Below are positions 1 to 11,400 of a DNA stretch of 64,000 nucleotides, piece after piece. Both the position numbers and the translations under genes were made by a program. The notes beneath the pieces are model-generated. The model was not told where the DNA came from and did not search any database. It worked only from the letters and a program-made list of their open reading frames with translations. Position 1 is the first letter of the stretch; each line of letters opens with the position of its first letter. The DNA is from Raja brachyura (Eukaryota): positions 31,000,001-31,064,000 of the forward strand of contig OY740807.1 in NCBI GenBank assembly GCA_963514005.1, written 5' to 3'.

Positions 1-175
1 AACCAGTGCCCCGTTCCTGCCTTCTCCCCATATCCCCTGACTCCGCTATTTTTAAGAGCCCTATCTAGCTCTCTCTTGAAAGCATCCACAGATCCGGCCT
101 CCACTGCCCTCTGAGGCAGAGAATTCCAGAGACTCACAACTCTCTGTGAGAAATAGTGTTTCCTCATCTCCGTTG
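1..175 (-). mobile_element. CR1-type LINE 3' fragment
   Basis: Reverse complement matches the CR1 copy at 27880-28226 (aacggagatgaggaaacact...gaattctctgcc...ggggatatggggagaaggcagg). Confidence 0.85.
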
Positions 176-263
176 AGATACTCCAGCTTTTTGTGTCTAT
201 CTTTGGAGAAGTTGGAATTGCTCAGAGAAGGCAAATACGATTAAAAAGTGTTAAAAAAAATCG

Positions 264-400
264 TGAAGGGTTTAGACAGAATAATGAAGAACTCTTCTGA
301 GAGCCGCAGAACTCATAATAGTAGGGCATGAATTCAAGGTGACTGGGGAGTGAATCGGAAGCATTGGATGGAATAATTTGTGTTCATGCAAAGAATGGTT
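264..400 (+). mobile_element. Highly decayed CR1-like fragment
   Basis: tgaagggtttagacaga...agggcatgaattcaaggtg resembles the KGLDR...RGH.FKV region seen in younger CR1 copies here. Confidence 0.3.
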
Positions 401-749
401 AGCATTTGGTAAACACCACTGACAGGATGATAAATACAACTTCATTGGTGAATGGAATTGGAAAAATACTTGGAAGCAAAATAAAGACTCAGGAATAGGC
501 AGAAAGATTTGGCGGGAATTACGAGATGGAAGGCTTGTCAAACAGCCAGTGCACGGTGAACAGGTGGAATAGCTTTCCACCATAATGTACTCTCTCATAA
601 TTGTATAAACCATGAGATGGGCCTATTCCTTCTTCCCTCGCGGTACCACCGGTTTTCCAGCAACTGGTGGTCTGGCACCTCCTTTAATCATGACAAAATT
701 ACGAGAGTGCATTTGAACTGTTGATGCTGGTTTACAAAAATAAGCACAC

Positions 750-1055
750 GGCAGGCACGGTGGCGCAGCGGTAAAGTCGCTGCCTTACAGAGCTTGCAGC
801 GCCAGAGACCCGGGTTCGATCCTGACCACGGGTGCTGTCTGTACGGAGTTTGTACATTCTCCCCGTGACTTGCGTGGGTTTTCTCCGAGATCTTCAATTT
901 CCTCCCACACTCCGAAGATGTACAGGTTTGTACGTTAATTGGCTTGGTTAATGTGTAAATTCTGCCTAGTGTGTGCTGGACAGTGTTAGTGTATGGGGAT
1001 CGCTGGTTGGAGTGGACTCGGTGGGTCGAAGAGCCTGTTTCCGTGCTGTATGTAT
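750..1055 (+). mobile_element. HE1/V-SINE-like tRNA-derived SINE
   Basis: A-box tggcgcagcgg, B-box ggttcgatcc, central tttcctcccacactcc.aaga.gtacaggtttg domain, LINE-like tail gcctgtttccgtgctgta; sits inside a PLE-derived fragment (715-749 / 1070-). Confidence 0.9.
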
Positions 1056-1069
1056 CAACATTTGTTTTA

Positions 1070-1195
1070 AAGACACAGGTACTGGAGCACCTCAGTAATT
1101 CAGTCTGAAGAAGGGTCCCGACCCAAAACATCACCTATCCATGTTCTCCAGAGATGCTGCCTGACCCGCTGAGTTACTCCAGCACTTTGTGTACC
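1070..1195. mobile_element. PLE pseudo-LTR-derived fragment (inverted + direct) with hammerhead-like core
   Basis: cagtctgaagaagggtcccgacccaaaacatcacc followed by agatgctgcctgacccgctgagttactccagc. Confidence 0.75.
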
Positions 1196-2222
1196 ATTGT
1201 TTCTATGAATCATCGTCGCTACAGAGCTCGCCTTGTGTTTCTAGCAAACTGTCAGCGTGGAAGGACAAAGATGCACGTGGTCTTATCCGATGCAACGTCA
1301 AACCAACCGGTCTTCACTGCGCCCCATAACTGTTACCTAAGCCGACCATATGGTATTATCGGTACAGGCCTGGCATTATTCACCAGCCACGTCAGCCAGC
1401 TCCCAACTGCACCGCCAAATAACTCACGGCGAGAAATATAAAGAGACAAGTGTCAGAAAACTTTTTTTTTTTTAAACTGTAAAGTAGTCCCAAGTGTTTG
1501 CCTTCAGGATAGAAGGACTTGAGTTTCTGAGAGGACAGTAGTAAATCAGTGAACTCCACAGCCAACCCCATGCATTAGAACGTTCATTAATATAATCCTA
1601 AGGGTGCTGAAACTGCCTTTGCTGCAAGAATTTTTGTTTTTTCTGGCGACTGATCGCCTGGGTGCTGCCAGCTACTATCAAAATGAAACAGAGACGTGAT
1701 AAATATTGGAAACAGTGTGGGATTTTAAGCCACGACCAAACTGCGATAAATCTGGAAGCAGCGATATTTCTCCAGCAAGGATTAATGATAACTCCACCCC
1801 TCGCGTTTAGTGAAAAGTGCTTCAGTCAAGGTTCCAGGAAAAACATTCTCTCACAGCCAACTCATTCTCAAAGGCAAGTACCAAATAAATCAGCTCTGGA
1901 ATAGGTGGGTAAAACGGGTTTCCTGAATGTTCGCCGCTAATCTGGGCTTCAAAGCAGCCACGTCAGTGAACCGACCTGGGTCATGAAGTGTATGAACAAT
2001 CAGAGCAGTGATGATTTAATTAGTGTTTACACTTCCACCGCTGCTGATCTTGATTCACATTGGTTTCTTTCACACACAAAAAATGCCTCCACAGTACTCA
2101 TGGAGAAGTCAAATGCACTTTGATAAATCCTTCTGCAGAACGTGGCTCTGCATCAATGGCTTGCCCTTTCAACTCGCACTCCTTATATCCATTTCCAACC
2201 TCCGCCTTGAATTGAAACTTGC

Positions 2223-2415
2223 AAGTCTGAAGAAAGGTCTCAACCCGAAATGTCACCTATTCCTTTTCTCCAGAGATGCTGCCTGTCCCGCCGAGTTACT
2301 CCAGCAGGGTTACACAAAAAGCTGGAGAAACTCAGCGGGTGCAGCAGCATCTAAGGAGCGAAGGAGATAGGCGACGTTTCGGGTCGAGACCCTCCTCAAC
2401 GAGTTACTCCAGCAT
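2223..2415. mobile_element. PLE pseudo-LTR fragments: a + copy with an inserted - copy of a second subfamily
   Basis: + copy 2223-2305; - copy 2307-2395 nearly identical to 23223-23313; gagttactccagca duplicated on both sides of the insert. Confidence 0.75.
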
Positions 2416-2649
2416 GTTGCGCCTCTCTTTGAATCTCTCTTTGCATGGCTGCACTCCAGCATTCCCAACATTGATGCTCATACCTTCAGACCCACAACTC
2501 TCACTTTTGTTACAGCAATTGCTGAAGGTAAGTTGTCGGGAGTGGGGGGGGGGGGGGAGAAAGGGGAAGAGGGAGAGGTTTCCAACAGACAGAGAACCTT
2601 CCCCCCCCTCCCCCAGGATGGAATTAAACAATACAAGAGTGATTAGGTA

Positions 2650-2775
2650 TTGGTGAGAGGGTGAACGTTTAATGGAGATGTGCGGGGCAAGTTTTTATTT
2701 ACACAGTGAAGTGGGGGCTGGGACACATTGCCAGGGGTGGTGGTGGAGGCCAATGCAATAGCGGCATTAACATGG
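2650..2775 (+). mobile_element. HER1/CR1-like LINE fragment
   Basis: gtttaatggagatgtgcggggcaagttttt...ttgccaggggtggtggtggaggc is similar to 7880-7970. Confidence 0.6.
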
Positions 2776-3029
2776 GCGCATGGAATCTGGCCTAAATTTG
2801 ACAATGTCTCAAATGCATTCAGTGTTGGTCTCCTTGGGATGTCCCGGTCCACTGTGAAGAGTTCTCACACACATCTTGTTCAGAAACCAATTGCTCCAAA
2901 GGTGGTTAATGCATTTCACAACAGGCCACATCTTAAGCCTTGTCTTAACTGACTGACCTGGCCAGTGAAATTCCTCCTATGTTGCAAAACACACTTGGCG
3001 AATAAAACCAGATTCTGATTCTGAACTTG

Positions 3030-3170
3030 TACTTTGATCAGTACGGGCGTCAGGGGTTATGGGGAGAAGGCAGGAGAATGGGGTTGAGAGGGAAAGATAG
3101 ATCAGCCATGACTGAATGGTGGTATAGACTTGATGGGGCGAATGGCCTAATTGTGCTCCTGTAACATGAA
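3030..3170 (+). mobile_element. CR1 3' terminal fragment
   Basis: ggggagaaggcaggagaatggggttgag...atcagccatga.tgaatgg...gaatggcctaatt..gctcct. Confidence 0.85.
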
Positions 3171-3529
3171 GTTCTGAACCTCAGTTACAACTTTACGATG
3201 CAAGTGCTCTCTTCTTGCAACTAACCCCAAAAGCTGGCCTTTCTCACAAATAGTCAATTAAAATAATTTACTCACATAACACGGACACAAATAAAAGTCT
3301 CCAAATTAGAACACACTCAAAGGGCAACCAGTTTCACACTTGCCCCAGCTATATTTAGATTAGTCATCTGTTAAGAGACATTTGATTTCACAAAATAAAC
3401 TAGAAACTCCCAATGGATGCAACATCAGTGAAATTTAAAACACTTTCACTACACACCGGTAATCAAAGAGACCAAATGTGCCGTACTTTCATCAGCTTTT
3501 ATTTTGGGCCGCATGAAACAGTAAAGTCT

Positions 3530-3785
3530 TAGAACATCAGAAAATAGAAGGATGAGCAGGCTGGTCAGCTCCTGAAGCTCGATGCACCATTCCATGTGAT
3601 CATAGCTAGTATGTCTCACTCCTTCTGTGCCACCTCTGCATAGCCCCTCAGCTCTCTAATCTCTCCAAACCAAATCTGCTTCCTCCTTCGTCTCATCGCC
3701 CCCCCCCCCCCCCCCCCCCCATCAATTGTCTACTATCGACAACCTTCAGGGATACAGAGTTCCATAGATTCACCACCCTCCGCAC
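3530..3785 (-). mobile_element. Degenerate CR1 3' fragment containing a poly-C tract
   Basis: ttagaacatcagaaaatagaag...agagttccatagattcaccaccctc matches the reverse complement of the CR1 end; C-run at 3698-3720. Confidence 0.55.
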
Positions 3786-3825
3786 AAATGCCAAAGTGAC
3801 ATTTAACCCGATGTTTCAGAAGCGC

Positions 3826-4078
3826 TGATTGAGGTATGGATATGGCTCAAGGTACCGCAGATCTCTCTGTTGCTTTTCTTCAGACCAGCAGGGTAGGTTT
3901 TGGACAACCAACTAAAGGGAGATAACATCGCATCATGCAACCTCGCACAAAAGAGTGGCACATCTAACCTTGCAGCGCTACTTCAGTGTTGCACTGAAGT
4001 GTTAACATGGGCTTTGTGTCGTGCAAAACTGACACCACATCCTTCTGGCTGAAGCTGTGAGGCTTCTCTCACTTAGCC
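3826..4078 (-). mobile_element. Ancient Deu-domain SINE relic (SacSINE/AmnSINE1-like)
   Basis: tgcagcgctacttcagtgttgcactgaagtgtt and ccttctggctgaag...ctcacttagcc resemble the reverse complement of the Deu domain plus tRNA head, recalled from family knowledge. Confidence 0.5.
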
Positions 4079-5229
4079 TTAAGTCCACACTAAATGTGTC
4101 ACCTAATAAGTTATTTCGACCACCTAGATGTCAAAATGGAGCCAAGTCTTGAGGTAAGCTCATGCCCAAGCCCATACATCACAGAGACAGAGCTTAATAA
4201 TGACCCGTGCTGCGAATGCAAATTGATTTTCTCTCACCTAGCTTGAACTTTATCAATTCTCTCTCCTCCCCTGCCACCAATTAGTGATGTTTCATAACAA
4301 ACGACACACTTCCCATACAAACTAAGCAACTGGACGTTTTCCATGAGCACTTATCTTCAATATATGGTCGGTTTCTGGTTTTTTTTTCCAGTGTTAGTGA
4401 CAGTAGATTTGCTGGTTGCTAAAAATCAGAGGTAAAAGTCTATCAAGGTATATTGGCTTCTATTGCCAACATTGTTAGTTAATGCTTGCAAGGAAATCAT
4501 TTCATAGTTTTCAAGATGTAATTAACATAAAAGCATGGTCAGGTAGCAGGAGAGATCTGACTCAGATGTCTTGAAAGCTGTCACTTCAACCTGTGAGCAT
4601 TCACAATGGAATGCATTATTTCTATGTATTTGTTACAACAGAATTCACTGGCATTGTAACAGCCATTGCTGTCCAATGCAGATGAAGTAGTTTGAGACAT
4701 TTCCGAATTTCTGAGACTAATGAGGCATAAAATAAATGTATGCCTGTATATGTGATTTTTAAAAAAAATATTTGCAAGTATATACATTTCGGATATACAA
4801 AGGGACCAGAGAAGGGAGGACAATGTAGCTGCAATACCACAATGGAGGATTGTCTTCAAGTGATCGAACAGTCTTTCTAAACGTGGCGATTCTCTCATCC
4901 ATCATTCATTCACATTAAGCCACTTTTGGCTCAAATTAGTCCATATTCTTTTCAAAGAAAATTATCAGCATAATAACCTGGCAAGATAAATAGACTTTTG
5001 ACTCACTGGCCTAACCACATCCAACATAATTTGTCCCACTTATCATTTCTGTGCAGCTCTGCAGGCTCCTGTCGTCTATGAAGGAAGAGATGGTGTGTTC
5101 TCACCCTCATAACATGCTCCCATTCCATTCACATACCTCAGTCAATATTCAACAAACTGAACAGCTAATGCTTGACACTGTCCTTTTGTGCAACGTAATC
5201 AAACTGAGTTTCTCTTTCCTGTTCGAAGC

Positions 5230-5750
5230 AAGTAAGCAGATGCAGACTTACACCGAAGATGGACACAGAATGCTGGAGTAACTCAGCGGGACAGGCAGCA
5301 TCGCTGGAGAGAAGGAATGGGTGACGTTTCGGGTCGTAGCCCTTCTTCAGACTGAGAGTCAGGGAAGAGGGAGACACAGAGATATTGAAGGGAAAGGTGG
5401 GAAGCACAGATCAAAATGGACGATTATCAGCAAAATGTAGAATGGTGCATTGTTAGCTGAGGGGAAGGTGACATCGAGGCATGCAATCAGTGCAGGGCCT
5501 GTCTGACTTGGGCGTCATTTGCGCGTCATGCAGGTGGAGCGCGGAGATTTTGTGAATCACAAACTCCTGGGGCGCCGCGCGCAACCGCTCGTCACTGCCT
5601 ACGCCACCAGGTCTCACCACGCACAGTGCCGCGTAAATGATGTTGCGTTGTGCATCGTGACGGGTAAATTATGTCACGTAAATGACACGCAAATAACGCC
5701 CAAGTGGGACAGGCCTTTAACACTTAGTCAGGAGGAGTAGTGGGAGAACC
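5230..5750 (-). mobile_element. PLE 3' end with hammerhead-like motif, interrupted by a Harbinger MITE
   Basis: gggtgacgtttcgggtcgtagcccttcttcagactgagagtcagggaagaggg; same flank architecture as 9478-10440 and 46842-46985. Confidence 0.75.
5494..5717. mobile_element. PIF/Harbinger-like MITE
   Basis: About 36-bp imperfect TIRs agggcctgtctgacttgggcgtcatttgcg / cgcaaataacgcccaagtgggacaggcctt; right flank TAA, left flank TGC. Confidence 0.8.
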
Positions 5751-6032
5751 TGTCACGTCAGTACACTCGTGGATGAGAAGGTTTAGGCCTACAAAATGGA
5801 GCCAACCTAGACTCCTGCCCCACCCTTGACCAGGCGTGCTATTGACAGGCTAGGCTCAAGTTAGATTAATTAATTCCCTAAATACTTCCAACTCCCTGAC
5901 CTCTCTCCTCAGGTGCTTTGTCAATACCTTTGGCCATTCTTCTGTTACCACTCTTGTGATGTGTATCCACTTCTGCACAATTAATTCGCAGTGAATCCCT
6001 AAGGGTTTCTTGTTGAACGTTCACAGTGCCCA

Positions 6033-6100
6033 AAACCCCTTCTTCAGAACCCCTTCTGATCTAGTCGAAACCCTTCTTCAGAACCCTGTTCTGATCTAGT
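6033..6100. repeat. Tandem duplication of a ~34-bp unit
   Basis: aaaccc(c)ttcttcagaaccc(c/tg)ttctgatctagt occurs twice. Confidence 0.85.
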
Positions 6101-7384
6101 GACGTGCTGGTACACAGATCCTCCTGGCACCAATGCTTCCTTCATTAAATATTAGTCAAAACACAACGTGGAAAGCACATCCCTTATTTTTACTTTAAAC
6201 AGAAATGCAACCCTTTCAAATTATTTCCCCTGGATAACTGGAGAAGGTGAATGATCACAAATTCAAACTTCCAATTAGCTCCTCACATGATGTTACTATC
6301 AGAATCTACTCCGCTCCACAGTCTACCTGCATTACAACATTATATTTTCATAAATGACTATGTACCAGAATTATGGAATGCGTATAGAAAAGGCGCATAA
6401 TAGATACAATCATGTGCTAAGTCATTGTTATGGTTCTCCAGGGTCCTTTGAAACTACAACTGAAAAAGCTTTTTAAGTTGATGATATAAATCAGATGTCA
6501 TGACGTTTTGTGTCATCACATTCGGACTGCCAAATTTGCACTTACGGGAAGCACTCCAGCGCAAAGCTGGCTTTGTGTCGGTCTCTCTAATTCCCATCAG
6601 CATCAAAGCCAGATCAGTCTGTGGCATTTGGGTGAAAATCTGATTTTGATTAAAAAAAACAATATTGTGACAGCATCAACGTTTTGATCAGGGGGCTTTA
6701 GACGTCGAGCAGATAGTAATAATCGCAAAACAAAACAGCGCTCAGATAATCACCCAGTGAACGTGTGTTGAGGCCTGAAGGTCCCATTGATTGTAAATGC
6801 TGAGAACTTCAGATCAAGAGCAATAATGACATCCGAAGGAGTACGACAAGTGCAGTGCGAACAATCTTTCTCCACTGCACCTTCTCGTTAGCTCGGAGAG
6901 AAAGGACCCTCAATTTAAATTCAGGCAGTTTTTGTTAATCAGTGGAATCACACTTCACACTGATGGAAAAAAATATCGTCAAGTGAAACAGATTCTGCTT
7001 TCTCAAATGATTTACTGCTCTTCTCTCACAAGGGAATTTAAGATTCAGATCTCAAATGTTGCAATAAAAAGGACTATAAACCAGAAGGTCCAAACAAACA
7101 CGACATCAATTTTGCAGAAAGAAGCGATTTGGATGAGCTAATGGTGAGAAAAAAAATGGGCACGGTTCTTATTGTTTTGGTCAAGGTATTTTTAAGATGC
7201 ATTAAAAACACAGATGCCTCACAACTCCTGATGTGAGCACATCTGGATACCACCAATGGATCAACTTTTTATGGGCACACTGCAGAAGGATGTTTTAATA
7301 GATGGAAAATCTAACCTCATCAGCCTTTATATCTGTAGGTTTGTCTTCAACCTTTCATTTTAGAAGGCGGATTTTCGTATGAGA

Positions 7385-7625
7385 TACAAAGAACTGCAGA
7401 TGCTGGTTAATCCACAAAAGGACCGAGTGGTGGAGTAACTCTGCCGGTCAGGCAGCCTTTCTGGAGAACAGGGATATGAGACGTATTCTCCAGAGATGCT
7501 GCCCGATCTGCTGAGCTACTCCAGTACTTTGTGTCCTTTCTTATTATGTTGTCTGAAATATTTAACCTTGTTTCACTCTCCACAGATGCTGCCTTATTTG
7601 CCGAGTCTTTCCAGCATTTTTAAAT
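7385..7625. mobile_element. PLE pseudo-LTR-derived fold-back fragments
   Basis: gaactgcagatgctgg...tggagtaactc followed by ctccagagatgctgcc...gagctactccag, plus an older copy at 7575-7620. Confidence 0.7.
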
Positions 7626-7649
7626 ATGTTTTCATATTTACAACTTTTA

Positions 7650-8140
7650 AAGTACAGAGGAGATTTACTAGAATGTTGCCTGGGTTCCAGCAACTAAGTT
7701 ACAGAGAAAAGTTGAACAAGTTAGGTCTTTATTCTTTGGAGCGCAGAAGGTTAAGGGGGGACTTGATTGAGGTCTTTAAAATGATGAAAGGGATAGACAG
7801 AGTTGACGTGGATAAGCTTTTCCCATTGAGGGTAGGGAAGATTCAAACAAGAGGGCATGACATGAGAATTAAGGGACAGAAGTTTAGGGGTAACATGAAG
7901 GGGAACTTCTTTACTCAGATAGTGGTGGCTGTGTGGAATGATCTTCCAGCAGAAGTGGTGGAGGCAGGATCGATTTTAACATTTAAAAGTAAAGTGGATA
8001 GGTATATGGACGGGAAGGGAATGGAGGGGTATGGTCTGAGTGCAGGTAGATGGGACTAGGGGAAAATAAATGGTCGGCACGGACTGGAAGGGCCGAGAGG
8101 GCCTGTTTCCGTGCTGTAATTGTTATATGGTTATATGGTA
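7650..8140 (+). mobile_element. HER1/CR1-type LINE 3' end (C-terminal ORF2 fragment, 3' UTR and microsatellite tail)
   Basis: Translates KVQRRFTRMLPG..LSYREKLNKLGLYSLERRRLRGDLIEVFK..TRGH..NFFTQ.VVAVWNDLP; tail gggcctgtttccgtgctgtaa(ttatatgg)n. Confidence 0.92.
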
Positions 8141-8459
8141 AAGTATTTTGTTTTTCAGTCAATTATTTTATCTGCTTTTTTTAATTAGGTAACTCAAAGC
8201 AGTTACAAACGTGAGATTTTAATGTGTGTTAAAATAGAATGGGTTGTGATTGCTGAATGGAGATACTGGGCAAAAGATCACCAAGGAGAAACTCAGAACT
8301 CAAGAGTTTAATTGTCATATGTACCATCAAAGGTATAATGAAATTCATATTTGCTGCAGTTTTATATTCTATTATCCATTAATAATCACGAATATTATGT
8401 CAATAATTAGACCATAATAAAGCAAACTGAAGTACATGGAGCAACCAAAACAATGTTTT

Positions 8460-8762
8460 GGGCGGCCATGTGGCGCAGCAGTAGAGTTGCTGCCTTACAG
8501 CGCTTGCAGTGCCAGAGACCCGGGTTCGATCCCCACTACGGGTGTTGTCTGTACGGGGTTTTTACGTTCTCCCCGTGACCGCGTGGGTTTTCCCAGAAAT
8601 CTTTGGTTTCCTCCCACACTCCAAAGACGTACAGGTTTGTAGGTTCGTTCACTTGGCGTATGTGTAAATTGTCCCCAGTGTGCGTAGGATAGTGTTAATG
8701 TGTGTGGATCGCTGGTCGGTGCAGATTCCCACTCTGTATCCCTAAACTAAACTAAACTAACT
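8460..8762 (+). mobile_element. HE1/V-SINE-like SINE
   Basis: A/B boxes, central domain, (taaac)n tail. Confidence 0.9.
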
Positions 8763-8796
8763 GTTCATTGGCGATCCTAGTTGCTGAGATACGGTT

Positions 8797-9200
8797 CTAG
8801 TTAATGTTGTACAAGATGGTTACTGGGAAGATGCTTTTCTGAAATCTGGAGGTCATCATTTTCAGCCTCTGTATCTTTTTACTGATGTTAGCGGGAGATG
8901 AGAGGATGGCCAGGGAGCTGTTGATGTATCTTTGATGATATTTGCAGCCTTTTTGAGGCAGAACCTTCTGTAGATCCCTTTGATGGTTGGGGAGGTCCAT
9001 GCTCATGATGGTCCTGCCACCGTCTTCCACTTTCTGCAGCCTCCTTTGTTCCTGGGATTTCGAGCCACCGAAATAGACCGTGCTGCAACCAGTCAGTATG
9101 CTCTGGGCTGTACAGGTTCTACGGATAATTTGGTGACACACCAAGTCTCCTCCACCTTCCCTGGAAGTCGAGTTGTCACGCGGTCTTTACGATTGCGTCG
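8797..9200 (-). mobile_element. Rex1/Babar-type LINE C-terminal fragment
   Basis: Translates QSILTGCSTVYFG..QEQRRLQKV...TSRFQKSIFP, the typical Rex1 C-terminal pattern; frameshifted. Confidence 0.75.
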
Positions 9201-9477
9201 ATTTGGTGGGTCCAGGTCAGATTTTAAGAGATATGCAGGTGTTCCCCAAAGGCCTTCTCTTTGGAGAAGAACCGCGGCATGTTTTTACCAAACATAGTTC
9301 AAATATTACCAAGAACCTGAAGCTGTGCAAAGCTTCAATGAGATTCAAAGTGATGTGACTTGAAAGGATTCCATGCTGTTCACTACTAATTTTACCTCTC
9401 CACTGCCAAGTGTTAACCAGTTGAACGAGCTGTGTATATCAATGGAAAAGCAAAGCCGACTGCACACTGATCTGAAC

Positions 9478-10440
9478 AGATAGACACAAAATGCTGGAGT
9501 AGCTCAGTGGGACAGGCAGCATCTCTGGATAAACGGAATGGCTGATATTTCAGGCTGGGGCCCTTCTTCAGACAGAGCATCAGGGGGGAGGATCACAGAG
9601 ATAAGGAAGTGTAAAGGGCCTGTCCCACCAGCATCCGACTGCATGCAATGAGCGCGATCAAACTAGAAGCGGGGGCCGCGTGGAGGTCGGGTGATCCCCT
9701 GTACAGGGCCGTTCCCACCAGCATGCACCTGCATGCGGCAAGCGTGACCAAACCGGCAGCGAGGGCCGCGCGGAGGTCAGGTGAGTGGCGCAACGTGGCG
9801 CAAAGTGAGGCAAACTTGGAGCGAAGTCTTAAGGTAAGTTTGACAGGACAGAGAGGGGCACACAAAGAGGGGCACAGAGGCACACACACAGAGGGCCACG
9901 GAGCCACACACACAGAGGGTCATGGAGGCACCTACAGATAGGTTCACGGAGGCACGATGTCGAGGCGGTGTATAATGCGTCGAGGCGACTGCGAGCCGAC
10001 AAGCCGTTGCCGTGCAGAATTTTTGAACATAGTCAGTTTTTCGGAGCCCCGCGCGATGTCGGGACGAACTCCGCACAATTCTGCACGGCTCCGGCGATCG
10101 ACGTGGGACCGGCCCCGCGACGCCGGACGGCTCAAGCGACCACGTTAGGTCGCGCTCATCGCATGGAGTTGCATACTTGTAGGACAGGCCCTTAAGAGAT
10201 CAAAAGAGATGCTGATCAAGGAAAATGTCGAATAGACCTTTGGCGGCTCGGAGAAGCTGACAACAACACAAACAGAGATACAGTGCAATCAGGAGGACAG
10301 TCAGACTGGTCGGAGAACTGGAGAGAGGGAGGGATGGTGGGAGAGGGAAAGCAAGGCTTACTTGAAGATAGAGAAGTCAATATTCATAACTCGAGGATAT
10401 TCATACCGCTGGGGTGCAAGCTGCCCAAGCGAAATATGAC
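9478..10440 (-). mobile_element. PLE 3' end (GIY-YIG C-terminus remnant plus pLTR) interrupted by a Harbinger element
   Basis: Reverse complement of 10400-10438 encodes IFRLGSLHPSGMN; pLTR motif at 9478-9575. Confidence 0.8.
9615..10192. mobile_element. PIF/Harbinger-like non-autonomous element
   Basis: TIR agggcctgtcccac / gtaggacaggccct (13 of 14 match); TAA target duplication at 9612-9614 and 10193-10195. Confidence 0.88.
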
Positions 10441-10513
10441 CTCAACAGCGCAGGTCAGGTAGAGATGGGAGAATTGTGGAAAAGCAGACTAAACCGGAAC
10501 AGGAACGGTTTAC

Positions 10514-10564
10514 CTTCTTGATGTTACTGCGGCCATAATCAAAAGGCACCGAACTGCAGTAGGC
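10514..10564 (-). CDS. Candidate 51-nt internal coding exon (AYCSSVPFDYGRSNIKK), gene unidentified
   Basis: Minus strand: ...tatcacgttctAG|gcctac...aagaag|GTaaac; length divisible by 3, open in phase 0, unique sequence; protein not recognised. Confidence 0.3.
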
Positions 10565-11221
10565 CTAGAACGTGATATACATTATCTGGATGCTGCGTCT
10601 GATACCAGCTGTTTGCTGAATATTCTCGGCCACACATGGCCAGATCGTGGACTAATATTTTCATTATGTTAGAAATACGACTAATATTTCACCCAAATGA
10701 AAATATTCCTTCCAGACATTACAGAGGTAGTGTTCACATCCATATAATAAAACACTTTAAACAGGCAATCTCTTGTGGCAATGAGCTTGGCTCATTTCCA
10801 GCTGCAGTCTCACACACTCCATTCTCTCCTTGCTTTTTCAACACCTCACCCTTAAGAATTCGGCTCGAACAATATGTATTTGTTTCAATAACTGCTCTGA
10901 CCGCGTTATGATTTCACTCTTTTGTGCCTCCCTAATCTATTAAAATCAGACTTGAATCTCAGATAACTTATTGCTGAAGTCAATCCAATTTAAATTCAAC
11001 CCAATCTGCGCAGTGCAGCATTGCTGGACCGATAGAAATTCCACTTTACATCTGGCCCTCTGTCAAAAAATACAACAAATGCTTCCATTTATGCGAGATT
11101 TCCACAACCAACTTCAAGAAAAGCATTCATTGTTCATTGGAATACTGTATCGAGCATAGTTTCCCTGCAATTTCCCAAATACAATATAAAAGACAAATAC
11201 AATTAAACTTCCATTATTAAG

Positions 11222-11400
11222 ATCAAATGCAAATTACTAGAGGAACTCAATAGGTTAGGCATTGCAGAGAGGATGGACAGGTGGCATTTTGGGTCAGGAC
11301 TCTTCTTCAGACTCCATAGACTATCCGCTCCCTCCACAGATGCTGCCTGATCCGCTGAGTTACTCCAGCACTTTGTGTTTTGCTTAAGATTCTAGCATCT
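11222..11400. mobile_element. Older PLE pseudo-LTR fold-back fragment
   Basis: ggtggcattttgggtcaggactcttcttcagact followed by cacagatgctgcctgatccgctgagttactccagc. Confidence 0.7.

Noticed and set aside
750-830. tRNA-like sequences at SINE heads (here and about 25 other sites)
   Set aside because: A/B boxes continue into the SINE body and LINE-like tail; no complete cloverleaf, so these are not tRNA genes
7496-8059. 187-aa ORF as a functional gene
   Set aside because: Chimera of a pLTR fragment and a 5'-truncated CR1 C-terminus; no RT catalytic core
9593-10195. Overlapping GC-rich ORFs as a transposase
   Set aside because: No DDE or Myb motifs; they arise from the high GC content of a non-autonomous element
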